Assembly (NCBI RefSeq): GCF_009914755.1
Contig: NC_060946.1
Origin: the human T2T-CHM13v2.0 reference genome, Homo sapiens
Direction: 5' to 3' (one strand)
Length of the DNA stretch: 64,000 nt
This document shows positions 39,201 to 55,221 of this stretch, in pieces (positions within the stretch are counted from its first letter, which is position 1; each line of letters begins with the position of its first letter). A model generated the notes under the pieces. That model was not told the DNA's origin. It saw only the letters and a list, made by a program, of their open reading frames with translations, and did not search any database. Both the position numbers and the translations under genes were made by a program.

Positions 39201-42200
39201 CATCAAATATAGATTATATACTGTACATAAAATATCAATGTACCCCAAATATATATTTTATATTATACATGAAGTATCAAAGTTCACAAACTATATATTA
39301 TATACTGTACATAAAATATCAAAGTACCCAAGGTATATATTCTATACTATACAAAAAATATCAAAGTACCCAAAGCATGTATTATATACTGTACATAAAA
39401 TATGAAAGTACATCAAATATATATTTTACTCTGTACATAAAATATCAAAGTACACCAGATATATATTCTATAGTGTACATAAAATATAAAAGTACCCAAA
39501 CTATACATTATATACTGTACATAAAATATGAAATTACATCAAATATATATTATATTAGGTACATAATATATGAAAGTACATCAAATATAGATTATATACT
39601 GTACATAAAATATCAAAGTACCCCAAAGATATATTATATACTCTACATGAAATATCAAAGTTCACAAACTATATATTATATACTGTACATAAAATATCAA
39701 AGTACCCAAGGTATATATTCTATACTGTACAAAAAATATCAAAGTACCCAAAGCATGTATTATATACTGTACATAAAATATGAAAGTACATCAAATATAT
39801 ATTTTATTCTGTACAACAAATATCAAAGTACACGAGATATATATTCTATAGTGTACATAAAATAACAAAGTACACAAACTATAAATTGTATACTGTATGT
39901 AAAATATGAAATTACATCAAATATATATTAGGTACATAAAATATGAAAGTACATCAAATATAGATTATATACTGTACATATAATATCAATGTACCCCAAA
40001 TATATATTTTATACTCTACATGAAATATCAAAGTTCACAAACCATACATTATATACTGTACATAAAATATCAAAGTACCCAAGGTATATATTCTATACTG
40101 TACAAAAAATATCAAAGTACCCAAAGCATGTACTATATACTGTACATAAAATATGAAAGTACATCAAATATATATTTTATTCTGTACATAAAATATCAAA
40201 GTACACCAGATATATATTCTATAGTGTACATAAAATATCAAAGTACCCAAACTATACATTATATACTGTACATAAAATATGAAATTACATCAAATATATA
40301 TTATATTAGGTACATAAAATATGAAAGTACAACAAATATAGATTATATACTGTACATTAAATATCAAAGTACCCCAAATATATATTATATACTCAACATG
40401 AAATATCAAAGTTCACAAACTATATATTATATACTGTATATAAAATATCAAAGTACCCAAGGCATATATTCTATACTGTACAAAAAATATCAAAGTACCC
40501 AAAGCTTGTATTATATACTGTATATAAAATATGAAAGTACATCAAATATATATTTCATTCTGTACATAAAATATCAAAGTACACCAGATATATATTCTAT
40601 AGTGTACATAAAATAACAAAGTACACAAACTATAAATTATATACTGTACATAAAATATGAAGTTGCATCAAATATATATTAGGTACATAAAATATGAAAG
40701 TACATCAAATATAGATTATATACTGTACATAAAATATCAATGTACCCCAAATATATATTTTATACTCGACATGAAATATCAAAGTTCAGAAACCATATAT
40801 TATTTACTGTACATAAAATATCAAAGTACCCAAGGTATATATTCTATACTGTACAAAAAATATCAAAGTACCCAAAGCATGTATTATATACTGTACATAA
40901 AATATGAAACTACATCAAATATATTTTTTATTCTGTATATAAAATATCAAAGTACACCAGATATATATTCTATAGTGTACATAAAATATCAAAGTACCCA
41001 AACTATACATTATATACTGTACATAAAATATGAAATTACATCAAATATATATTATATTAGGTACATAAAATATGAAAGTACATCAAATATAGATTATATA
41101 CTGTACATAAAATATCAATGTACCCCAAATATATATTTTCTACTCTACATGAAATATCAAAGTTCACAAACTATATATTATATACTGTACATAAAATATC
41201 AAAGTACCCAAGGTATATATTCTATACTGTACAAAAAATAAAAAGTACCCAAAGCATGTATTATATACTGTACATAAAATATGAAATTACATCAAATATA
41301 TATTTTATTCTGTACATAAAATATCAAAGTACACCAGATATATATTCTATAGGGTACATAAAATATCAAAGTACCCAAACTATACATTATATACTGTACA
41401 TAAAATATGAAATTACATCAAATATATATTATATTAGGTACATAAAATATGAAAGTACATCAAATATAGATTATATACTGTACATTAAATACCAAAGTAC
41501 CCCAAATATATATTTTATACTGTACATGAAATATCAAAGTTCAAACACTATATATTATATACTGTACATAAAATATCAAAGTACCCAAGGTATGTATTCT
41601 ATACTGTACAAAAAATATCAAAGTACCCAAAGCATGTATTATAAACTGTACATAAAATATGAAAGTACATCAAATATATATTTTATTCTGTACATAAAAT
41701 ATCAAAGTACACCAGATATATATTCTATTGTGTACATAAAATATCAAAGTACCCAAACTATACATTATATACTGTACATAAAATATGAAATTACATCAAA
41801 TATATATTATATTAGGTACATAAAATATGAAAGTACATCAAATATAGATTATATACTGTACATTAAATACCAAAGTACCCCAAATATATATTTTATACTG
41901 TACATGAAATATCAAAGTTCACAAACTATATATTATATACTGTACATATTATATCAAAGTACCCGAGGTATATATTCTATACTGTACAAAAAATATCAAA
42001 GTACCAAAAGCTTGTATTATATACTGTACCTAAAATATGAAAGTACATCAAATATATATTTTATTCTGTACATAAAATATAAAAGTACACCAGATATATA
42101 TTCTATAGTGTACACAAAATATCACAGTACCCAAACTATACATTATATACTGTACATAAAATATGAAATTACATCAAATATATATTAGGTACATAAAATA

Positions 42201-43484
42201 TGAAAGTACATCAAATATAGATTATATACTGTACATAAAATATCAAAGTACTCCAAATATATATTATATACTCTACATGAAATATCAAAGTTCACAAACT
42301 ATATATTATATACTGTACATAAAATATCAAAGTACCCAAGGTATATATTCTATACTGTACAAAAAATATCAAAGTACCCAAAGCATGTATTATATACTGT
42401 ATATAAAATATGAAAGTACTTTAAATATATATTTTATTCTGTACATAAAATATCAAAGTACACCAGATATATATTCTATAGTGTACATAAAATAACAAAG
42501 TACACAAACTATAAATTATATACTGTACATAAAATATGAAATTTCATCAAATATATATTAGGTACATAAAATATGAAAGTACATCAAATATAGATTATAT
42601 ACTGTACATATAATATCAATGTACCCCAAATATATATTTTATACTCTACATGAAATATCAAAGTTCACAAACCATACATTATATACTGTACATAAAATAT
42701 CAAAGTACCCAAGGTATATATTCTATACTGTACAAAAAATATCAAAGTACCCAAAGCATGTATTATATACTGTACATAAAATATGAAAGTACATCAAATA
42801 TATATTTTATTCTGTACATAAAATATCAAAGTACACCAGATATATATTATATAGTGTACATAAAATATCAAAGTACCCAAACTATACATTATATACTGTA
42901 CATAAAATATGAAATTACATCAAATATATATTAGGTACATAAAATATGAAAGTACATCAAATATAGATCATATACTGTACATAAAATATCAAAGTACCCC
43001 AAATATATATTATATACTCTACATGAAATATCAAAGTTCACAAACTATATATTATATACTGTACATAAAATATCAAAGTACCCAAGGTATATATTCTATA
43101 CTGTACAAAAAATATCAAAGTACCCAAAGCATGTATTATATACTGTACATAAAATATGAAAGTACATCAAATATATATTTTATTCTGTACATAAAATATC
43201 AAAGTACACCAGATATATATTCTATAGTGTACATAAAATAACAAAGTACACAAACTATACATTATATACTGTACATAAAATATGAAATTACATCAAATAT
43301 ATATTAGGTACATAAAATATGAAAGTACATCAAATATAGATTATATACTGTACATAAAATATCAAAGTACCCCAAATATATATAATATACTCTACATGAA
43401 ATATCAAAGTTCACAAACTATATATTATATACTGTACATAAAATATCAAAGTACCCAAGGTATATATTCTATACTGTAGAAAAA

Positions 43485-46400
43485 ATATCAAAGTACCCAA
43501 AGCATGTATTATATACTGTATATAAAATATGAAAGTACATCAAATATATATTTTATTCTGTACATAAAATATCAAAGTACACCAGATATATATTCTATAG
43601 TGTACATAAAATAACAAAGTACACAAACTATAAATTATATACTGTACATAAAATATGAAATTACATCAAATATATATTAGGTACATAAAATATGAAAGTA
43701 CATCAAATATAGATTATATACTGTACATATAATATCAGTGTACCCGAAATATATATTTTATACTCTACATGAAATATCAAAGTTCACAAACCATATATGA
43801 TATACTGTACATAAAATATTAAAGTACCCAAGGTATATATTCTATACTGTACAAAAAATATCAAAGTACCCAAAGCATGTATTATATACTGTACATAAAA
43901 TATGAAATTACATCAAATATATATTTTATTCTGTACATAAAATATCAAAGTACACCAGATATATATTCTATAGTGTACATAAAATATCAAAGTACCCAAA
44001 CTATACATTATATACTGTACATAAAATATGAAATTACATCAAATATATATTATATTAGGTACATAAAATATGAAAGTACATCAAATATAGATTATATACT
44101 GTACATTAAATACCAAAGTACCCCAAATATATATTTTATACTGTACATGAAATATCAAAGTTCACACACTATATATTATATACTGTACATAAAATATCAA
44201 AGTACCCAACTTATATATTCTATACTGTACAAAAAACATCAAAGTACCCAAAGCATGTATTATATACTGTACATAAAATATGAAAGTACATCAAATATAT
44301 ATTTTATTCTGTACATAATATATCAAAGTACACCAGATATATATTCTATAGTGTACATAAAATAACAAAGTACAAAAACTATAAATTCTATACTGTACAT
44401 AAAATATGAAATTACATCAAATACATATTAGGTACATAAAATATGAAAGTACATCAAATATAGATTATATACTGTACATAAAATATCAATGTACCCCAAA
44501 TATATATTTTATACTCTACATGAAATATCAAAGTTCAAAAACCATACATTATATAGTGTACATAAAATATCAAAGTACCCAAGGTATATATTCTATACTA
44601 TACAAAAAATATCAAAGTACCCAAAGCATGTATTATATACTGTACATAAAATATGAAAGTACATCAAATATATATTTTATTCTGTACATAAAATATCAAA
44701 GTACACCAGATATATATTCTATAGTGTACATAAAATATCAAAATACCCAAACTATACATTATATACTGTACATAAAATATGAGATTACATCAAATATATA
44801 TTATATTAGGTACATAAAATATGAAAGTACATCAAATATAGATTATATACTGTACATAAAATATCAAAGTACCCCAAATATATATTATATACTCTACATG
44901 AAATATCAAAGTTCACAAACTATATATTATATACTGTACATAAAATATCAAAGTACCCAAGGTATATATTCTATAATGTAGAAAAAATATCAAAGTACCC
45001 AAAGCGTGTATTTTATACTGTATATAAAATATGAAATTACATCAAATATATATTATATTCTGTACATAAAATATCAAAGTACACCAGATATATATTCTAT
45101 ATTGTACATAAAATATCAAAGTACCCAAACTATACATTATATACTGTACATAAAATATGAAATTACATCAAATATATATTATATTAGGTACATAAAATAT
45201 GAAAGTACATCAAATAGAGATTATATACTGTACATAAAATATCAAAGTACCCCAAATATATATTATATACTCTACATGAAATATCAAATTTCACAAACTA
45301 TATATTATATACTGTACATAAAATATCAAAGTACCCAAGGTATATATTCTATACTGCACAAAAAATATCAAAGTACCCAAAGCATGTATTATATACTGTA
45401 TATAAAATATGAAAGTACATCAAATATATATTTTATTCTGTACATAAAATATCAAAGTAAACCAGATATATATTCCACAGTGTACATAAAATAACAAAGT
45501 ACACAAACTATAAATTATATACTGTACATAAAATATGAAATTACATCAAATATATACTAGGTACATAAAATATGAAAGTACATCAAATATAGATTATATA
45601 CTGTACATAAAATATCAATGTACCCCAAATATATATTTTATACTCTACATGAAATATCAAAGTTCACAAACCATATATTATATACTGTACATAAAATATC
45701 AAAGTACCCAAGGTATATATTCTATACTGTACAAAAAATATCAAAGTACACAAAGCATGTATTATATACTGTACATAAAATATGAAAGTACATCAAATAT
45801 ATATTTTATTCTGTACAAAAAAATCAAAGTGCACCAGACATATATTCTATAGTGTACATAAAATATCAAAGTACCCAAACTATACATTATATACTGTACA
45901 TAAAATATGAAATTACATCAAATATATTTTATATTAGGTACATAAAATATGAAAGTACATCAAATATAGATTATATACTGTACATTAAATACCAAAGTAC
46001 CCCAAATATATATTTTATACTGTACATGAAATATCAAAGTTCACAAACTATATATTATATACTGTACATATAATATCAAAGTACCCGAGTTATATATTCT
46101 ATACTGTACAAAAAATATCAAAGTACCAAAAGCATGTATTATATACTGTACCTTAAATATGAAAGTACATCAAATATATATTTTATTCTGTACATAAAAT
46201 ATCAAAGTACACCAGATATATATTCTATAGTGTACATAAAATATCAAAGTACCCAAACTATACATTATATACTGTACATAAAATATGAAATTACATCAAA
46301 TATATATTAGGTACATAAAATATGAAAGTACATCAAATATAGATTATATACTGTACATAAAATATCAAAGTACCCCAAATATATATTATATACTATACAT

Positions 46401-47367
46401 GAAATATCAAAGTTCACAAACTATATATTATATACTGTACATAAAATATCAAAGTACCCAAGTTATATATTCTATACTGTAGAAAAAATATCAAAGTACC
46501 CATAGCATGTATTATATACTGTACATAAAATATGAGACTACATCAAATATATATTTTATTCTGTACATAAAATATCAAAGTACACCAGATATATATTCTA
46601 TAGTGTACATAAAATATCAAAGTACCCAAACTATTTATTATATACTGTACATAAAATATGAAATTACATCAAATATATATTATATTAGGTACATAAAATA
46701 TGAAAGTACATCAAATATAGATTATATGCTGTACATTAAATACCAAAGTACCCCAAATATATATTTTATACTGTACATGAAATATCAAAGTTCACAAACT
46801 ATATATTATATACTGTACATAAAATATCAAAGTACCCTAGGTATATATTCTATACTCTACCAAAAATATCAAAGTACCCAAAGAACGTATTATATACTGT
46901 ACATAAAATATGAAAGTACATCAAATATATATTTTATTCTGTACATAAAATATCAAAGTACACCAGATATATATTCTATAGTGTACATAAAATATCAAAG
47001 TACCCAAACTATACATTATATACTGTACATAAAATATGAAATTACATCAAATCTCTATTAGGTACATAAAATATGAAAGTACATCAAATATAGATTATAT
47101 ACTGTACATTAAATACCAAAGTACCCCAAATATATATTTTATACTGTACATGAAATATCAAAGTTCACAAACTATATATTATATACTGTACATATAATAT
47201 CAAAGTACCCAAGGTATATATTCTATACTGTACAAAAAATAACAAAGTACCAAAAGCATGTATTATATACTGTACCTAAAATATGAAAGTACATCAAATA
47301 TATATTTTATTCTGTACATAAAATATCAAAGTACACCAGATATATATTCTATAGTGTACATAAAATA
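43485..47367 (+). repeat. HSat1A multi-kb duplicon, copy 1 (paralog at +14,403; inner part also at +5,624)
   Basis: Private variants (CAGTGTACCCGAA, CATATATGATA, CCCAACTTAT, ATAGAGATT, GTAAACCAG, GTGCACCAGAC, CCCTAGG, AAATCTCTATTAGG) recur at a fixed offset. ORF pairs: 44406/58809, 45006/59409, 45535/59938. Confidence 0.88.
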
Positions 47368-50300
47368 ACAAAGTACAAAAACTATAAATTATATACTGTA
47401 CATAAAATATGAAATTGCATCAAATATATATTAGGTACATAAAATATAAACGTACATCAAATATAGATTATATACTGTACATAAAATATCAATGTACCAC
47501 AAATATATATTTTATACTATACATGAAGTATCAAAGTTCACAAACTATATATTATATACTGTACATAAAATATCAAAGTACCCAAGGTATATATTCTATA
47601 CTATACAAAAAATATCAAAGTACCCAAAGCATGTATTATATACTGTACATAAAATATGAAAGTACATCAAATATATATTTTACTCTGTACATAAAATATC
47701 AAAGTACACCGGATATATATTCTATAGTGTACATAAAATATAAAAGTACCCAAACTATACATTATATACTGTACATAAAATATGAAATTACATCAAATAT
47801 ATATTATATTAGGTACATAATATATGAAAGTACATCAAATATAGATTATATACTGTACATAAAATATCAAAGTACCCCAAATATATATTATATACTCTAC
47901 ATGAAATATCAAAGTTCACAAACCATACATTATATACTGTACATAAAATATCAAAGTACCCAAGGTATATATTCTATACTGTACAAAAAATATCAAAGTA
48001 CCCAAAGCATGTATTATATACTGTACATAAAATATGAAAGTACATCAAATATATATTTTATTCTGTACATAAAATATCAAAGTACACCAGATATATATTC
48101 TATAGTGTACATAAAATATCAAAGTACCCAAACTATACATTATATACTGTACATAAAATATGAAATTACATCAAATATATATTAGGTACATAAAATATGA
48201 AACTACATCAAATATAGATTATATACTGTACATAAAATATCAAAGTACCCCAAATATATATTATATACTCTACATGAAATATCAAAGTTCACAAACTATA
48301 TATTATATACTGTACATAAAATATCAAAATACCCAAGGTATATATTCTATACTGTACAAAAAATATCAAAGTACCCAAAGCATGTATTATATACTGTACA
48401 TAAAATATGAAAGTACATCAAATATATATTTTATTCTTTACATAAAATATCAAAGTACACCAGATATATATTCTATAGTGTACATAAAATAACAAAGTAC
48501 ACAAACTATAAATTATATACTGTACATAAAATATGAAATTACATCAAATATATATTAGGTACATAAAATATGAAAGTACATCAAATATAGATTATATACT
48601 GTACATAAAATATCAATGTACCCCAAATATATATTTTATACTCTACATGAAATATCAAAGTTCACAAACCATATATTATATATTGTACATAAAATATCAA
48701 AGTACCCAAGGTATATATTCTATACTGTACAAAAAATATCAAAGTACCCAAAGCATGTATTATATACTGTACATAAAATACGAAAGTACTTCAAATATAT
48801 ATTTTATTCTGTACATAAAATATCAAAGTACACCAGATATATATTCTATAGTGTACATAAAATAACAAAGTACACAAACTATAAATTATATACTGTACAT
48901 AAAATATGAAATTACATCAAATACATATTAGGTACATAAAATATGAAAGTACATCAAATATAGATTATATACTGTACATATAATATCAATGTACCACAAA
49001 TATATATTTTATACTCTACATGAAATATCAAAGTTCACAAACCATACATTATATACTGTACATAAAATATCAAAGTACCCAAGATATATATTCTATAGTG
49101 TACAAAAAATATCAAAGTACCCAAAGCATGTATTATATACTGTACATAAAATATGAAAGTACATCAAATATATATTTTATTCTGTACATAAAATATCAAA
49201 GTACACCAGATATACATTCTATAGTGTACATAAAATATCAAAGTACCCAAACTATACATTATATACTATACATAAAATGTGAAATTACATCAAATATATA
49301 TTAGGTACATAAAATATGAAAGTACATCAAATATAGATTATATAGTGTACATAAAATATCAAAGTACCCCAAATATATATTATATACTGTACATGAAATA
49401 TCAAAGTTCACAAACTATATATTATATACTGTACATAAAATATGAATGTACCCAAGGTATATATTCTATACTGTACAAAATATATCAAAGTACCCAAAGC
49501 ATGTATTATATACTGTACATAAAATATGAAAGTACATCAAGTATATATTTTATTCTGTACATAACATATCAAAGTACACCAGATATATATTCTATAGTGT
49601 ACATAAAATATCAAAGTACCCAAACTATACATTATATACTGTACATAAAATATGAAATTACATCAAATATATTTTATATTAGGTACATAAAATATGAAAG
49701 TACATCAAATATAGATTATATACTGTACTTTAAATACCAAGGTACCTCAAATATATATTTTATACTGTACTTGAAATGTCAAAGTTCACAAACTATATAT
49801 TATATACTGTACATATAATATCAAAGTACCCGAGGTATATATTCTATACTGTACAAAAAATAACAAAGTACCAAAAGCATGTATTATATACTGCACCTAA
49901 AATATGAAAGTTCATCAAATATATACTTTATTCTGTACATAAAATATCAAAGAACACCAGATATATATTCTATAGTGTACATAAAATATCAAAGTACCCA
50001 AACTATACATTATATACTGTACATAAAATATGAAATTTCATCAAATATATATTATATTAGGTACATAAAATATGAAAGTACATCAAATATAGATTATATA
50101 CTGTACATAAAATATCAAAGTACCCCAAATATATATTATATACTCTACATGAAATATCAAAATTCACAAACTATATATTATATACTGTACATAAAATATC
50201 AAAGTACCCAAGGTATATATTCTATACTGTACAAAAAATATCAAAGTATCAAAAGCATGTATTATATACTGTATATAAAATATGAAAGTACATTATATAT

Positions 50301-50784
50301 ATATTTTATTCTGTACATAAAACATCAAAGTACACCAGATATATATTCTATAGTGTACATAAAATAACAAAGTACACAAACTTTAAATTATATACTGTAC
50401 ATAAAATATGAAATTACATCAAATATATATTAGGTACATAAAATATGAAAGTACATCAAATATAGATTATATACTGTACATATAATATCAATGTACCCCA
50501 AATATATATTTTATACTCTACATGAAATATCAAAGTTCACAAACCATATATTATATACTGTACATAAAATATCAAAGTACCCAAGGTATATATTCTATAC
50601 TGTAGAAAAAATATCAAAGTACCCAAAGCATGTATTATATACTGTACATAAAATATGAAAGTACATCAAATATATATTTTATTCTGTACATAATATATCA
50701 AAGTACACCAGATATATATTCTATAGTGTACATAAAATATCAAAGTACCCAAACTATACATTATATACTGTACATAAAATTTGA

Positions 50785-53700
50785 AATTACATCAAATATA
50801 TATTATATTAGGTACATAAAATATGAAAGTACATCAAATAGAGATTATATACTGTACATAAAATATCAAAGTACCCCAAATATATATTATATACTCTACA
50901 TGAAATATCAAATTTCACAAACTATATATTATATACTGTACATAAAATATCAAAGTACCCAAGGTATATATTCTATACTGCACAAAAAATATCAAAGTAC
51001 CCAAAGCATGTATTATATACTGTATATAAAATATGAAAGTACATCAAATATATATTTTATTCTGTACATAAAATATCAAAGTAAACCAGATATATATTCC
51101 ACAGTGTACATAAAATAACAAAGTACACAAACTATAAATTATATACTGTACATAAAATATGAAATTACATCAAATATATACTAGGTACATAAAATATGAA
51201 AGTACATCAAATATAGATTATATACTGTACATAAAATATCAATGTACCCCAAATATATATTTTATACTCTACATGAAATATCAAAGTTCACAAACCATAT
51301 ATTATATACTGTACATAAAATATCAAAGTACCCAAGGTATATATTCTATACTGTACAAAAAATATCAAAGTACACAAAGCATGTATTATATACTGTACAT
51401 AAAATATGAAAGTACATCAAATATATATTTTATTCTGTACAAAAAAATCAAAGTGCACCAGACATATATTCTATAGTGTACATAAAATATCAAAGTACCC
51501 AAACTATACATTATATACTGTACATAAAATATGAAATTACATCAAATATATTTTATATTAGGTACATAAAATATGAAAGTACATCAAATATAGATTATAT
51601 ACTGTACATTAAATACCAAAGTACCCCAAATATATATTTTATACTGTACATGAAATATCAAAGTTCACAAACTATATATTATATACTGTACATATAATAT
51701 CAAAGTACCCGAGTTATATATTCTATACTGTACAAAAAATATCAAAGTACCAAAAGCATGTATTATATACTGTACCTTAAATATGAAAGTACATCAAATA
51801 TATATTTTATTCTGTACATAAAATATCAAAGTACACCAGATATATATTCTATAGTGTACATAAAATATCAAAGTACCCAAACTATACATTATATACTGTA
51901 CATAAAATATGAAATTACATCAAATATATATTAGGTACATAAAATATGAAAGTACATCTAATATAGATTATATACTGTACATAAAATATCAAAGTACCCC
52001 AAATATATATTATATACTATACATGAAATATCAAAGTTCACAAACTATATATTATATACTGTACATAAAATATCAAAGTACCCAAGTTATATATTCTATA
52101 CTGTAGAAAAAATATCAAAGTACCCATAGCATGTATTATATACTGTACATAAAATATGAGACTACATCAAATATATATTTTATTCTGTACATAAAATATC
52201 AAAGTACACCAGATATATATTCTATAGTGTACATAAAATATCAAAGTACCCAAACTATTTATTATATACTGTACATAAAATATGAAATTACATCAAATAT
52301 ATATTATATTAGGTACATAAAATATGAAAGTACATCAAATATAGATTATATGCTGTACATTAAATACCAAAGTACCCCAAATATATATTTTATACTGTAC
52401 ATGAAATATCAAAGTTCACAAACTATATATTATATACTGTACATAAAATATCAAAGTACCCTAGGTATATATTCTATACTCTACCAAAAATATCAAAGTA
52501 CCCAAAGAACGTATTATATACTGTACATAAAATATGAAAGTACATCAAATATATATTTTATTCTGTACATAAAATATCAAAGTACACCAGATATATATTC
52601 TATAGTGTACATAAAATATCAAAGTACCCAAACTATACATTATATACTGTACATAAAATATGAAATTACATCAAATCTCTATTAGGTACATAAAATATGA
52701 AAGTACATCAAATATAGATTATATACTGTACATTAAATACCAAAGTACCCCAAATATATATTTTATACTGTACATGAAATATCAAAGTTCACAAACTATA
52801 TATTATATACTGTACATATAATATCAAAGTACCCAAGGTATATATTCTATACTGTACAAAAAATAACAAAGTACCAAAAGCATGTATTATATACTGTACC
52901 TAAAATATGAAAGTACATCAAATATATATTTTATTCTGTACATAAAATATCAAAGTACACCAGATATATATTCTATAGTGTACATAAAATATCAAAGTAC
53001 CCAAACTATACATTATATACTGTACATAAAATACGAAATTACATCAAATATATTTTATATTAGGTACATAAAATATGAAAGTATATCAAATATAGATTAT
53101 ATACTGTACATTAAATACCAAAGTACCCCAAATATATATTTTATACTGTACATGAAATATCAAAGTTCACAAACTATATATTATATACTGTACATAAAAT
53201 ATCAAAGTACCCAAGGTATATATTCTATACTGTACAAAAAATATCAAAGTACCCAAAGCATGTATTATATACTGTACCTAAAATATGAAAGTACATCAAA
53301 TATATATTTTATTCTGTACATAAAATATCAAAGTACACCAAATATATATTCTATAGTGTACATAAAATATCAAAGTACCCAAACTATACATTATATACTG
53401 TACATAAAATATGAAATTACATCAAATATATATTATATTAGGTACATAAAATATGAAAGTACATCAAATATAGGTTATATACTGTACATAAAATATCAAA
53501 GTACCCCAAATATATATTATATACTCTACATGACATATCAAAGTTCACAAGGTATATATTATATACTGTACATAAAATATCAAAGTACCCAAAGTATATA
53601 TTCTATACTGCACAAAAAATATCAAAGTACCCAAAGCATGTATTATATACTGTACATAAAATATGAAAGTACATCGAATATATATCTTATTCTGTACATA

Positions 53701-55221
53701 AAATATCAAAGTACACCAGATATATATTCTATAGTGTACATAAAATATCAAAGTACCCAAACTATACATTATATTCTGTACATAAAATATGAAATTACAT
53801 CAAATATATATTAGGTACATAAAATATGAAAGTACATCAAATATAGATTATATACTGTACATAAAATATCAAAGTACCCCAAATATATATTATATACTCT
53901 ACATGAAATATCAAAGTTCACAAACTATATATTATATACTGTACTTAAAATATAAAATTACATCAAATATATTTTATATTAGGTACATAAAATATGAAAC
54001 TACATCAAATGTAGATTATATACTTTACATTAAATACCAAAGTACCCCAAATATATATTTTATACTGTACATGAAATATCAAAGTTCACAAACTATATAT
54101 TATATACTGTACATATAATATCAAAGTACCCAAGGTATATATTCTATACTGTACAAAAAATAACAAAGTACCAAAAGCATGTATTATATACTGTACCTAA
54201 AATATGAAAGTACATCAAATATATATTTTATTCTGTACATAAAATATCAAAGTACACCAGTTATATATTCTATAGTGTACATAAAATATCAAAGTACCCA
54301 AACTATACATTACATACTGTACATAAAATATGAAATTACATCAAATATATATTATATTAGGTACATAAAATATGAAAGTACATCAAATATAGATTATATA
54401 CTGTACATAAAATATCAAAGTACCCCAAATATATATTATATACTCTACATGACATATCAAAGTTCACAAGGTATATATTATATACTGTACATAAAATATC
54501 AAAGTACCCAAAGTATATATTCTATACTGCACAAAAAATATCAAAGTACCCAAAGCATGTATTATATACTGTACATAAAATATGAAAGTACATCGAATAT
54601 ATATCTTATTCTGTACATAAAATATCAAAGTACACCAGATATATATTCTATAGTGTACATAAAATATCAAAGTACCCAAACTATACATTATATTCTGTAC
54701 ATAAAATATGAAATTACATCAAATATATATTAGGTACATAAAATATGAAAGTACATCAAATATAGATTATATACTGTACATAAAATATCAAAGTACCCCA
54801 AATATATATTATATACTCTACATGAAATATCAAAGTTCACAAACTATATATTATATACTGTACATAAAATATGAAATTACATCAAATATATTTTATATTA
54901 GGTACATAAAATATGAAAGTACATCAAATATAGATTATATACTTTACATTAAATACCAAAGTACCCCAAATATATATTTTATACTGTACATGAAATATCA
55001 AAATTCACAAACTATATATTATATACTGTACATATAATATCAAAGTACCCAAGGTATATATTCTATACTGTACAAAAAATAACAAAGTACCAAAAACATG
55101 TATTATATACTGTACCTAAAATATGAAATTACATCAAATATATATTTTATTCTGTACATAAAATATCAAAGTACACCAGATATATATTCTATAGTGTACA
55201 TAAAATATCAAAGTACCCAAA
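50785..55221 (+). repeat. HSat1A multi-kb duplicon, copy 2 (paralog at +8,779)
   Basis: ORF pairs 51159/59938, 52131/60910, 52882/61661, 53789/62568 and 54708/63487 all have offset 8779 and near-identical translations. Confidence 0.88.
53300..55130 (+). repeat. Tandem 919-bp (22-monomer) HSat1A unit, about two copies; repeated at ~62080-63910
   Basis: ORFs 53789/54708 and 53545/54464 have offset 919 = 163+378+378. Private variants CATGACATATC...CACAAGGT and CATCGAATATATATCTT occur in both copies. Confidence 0.85.
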
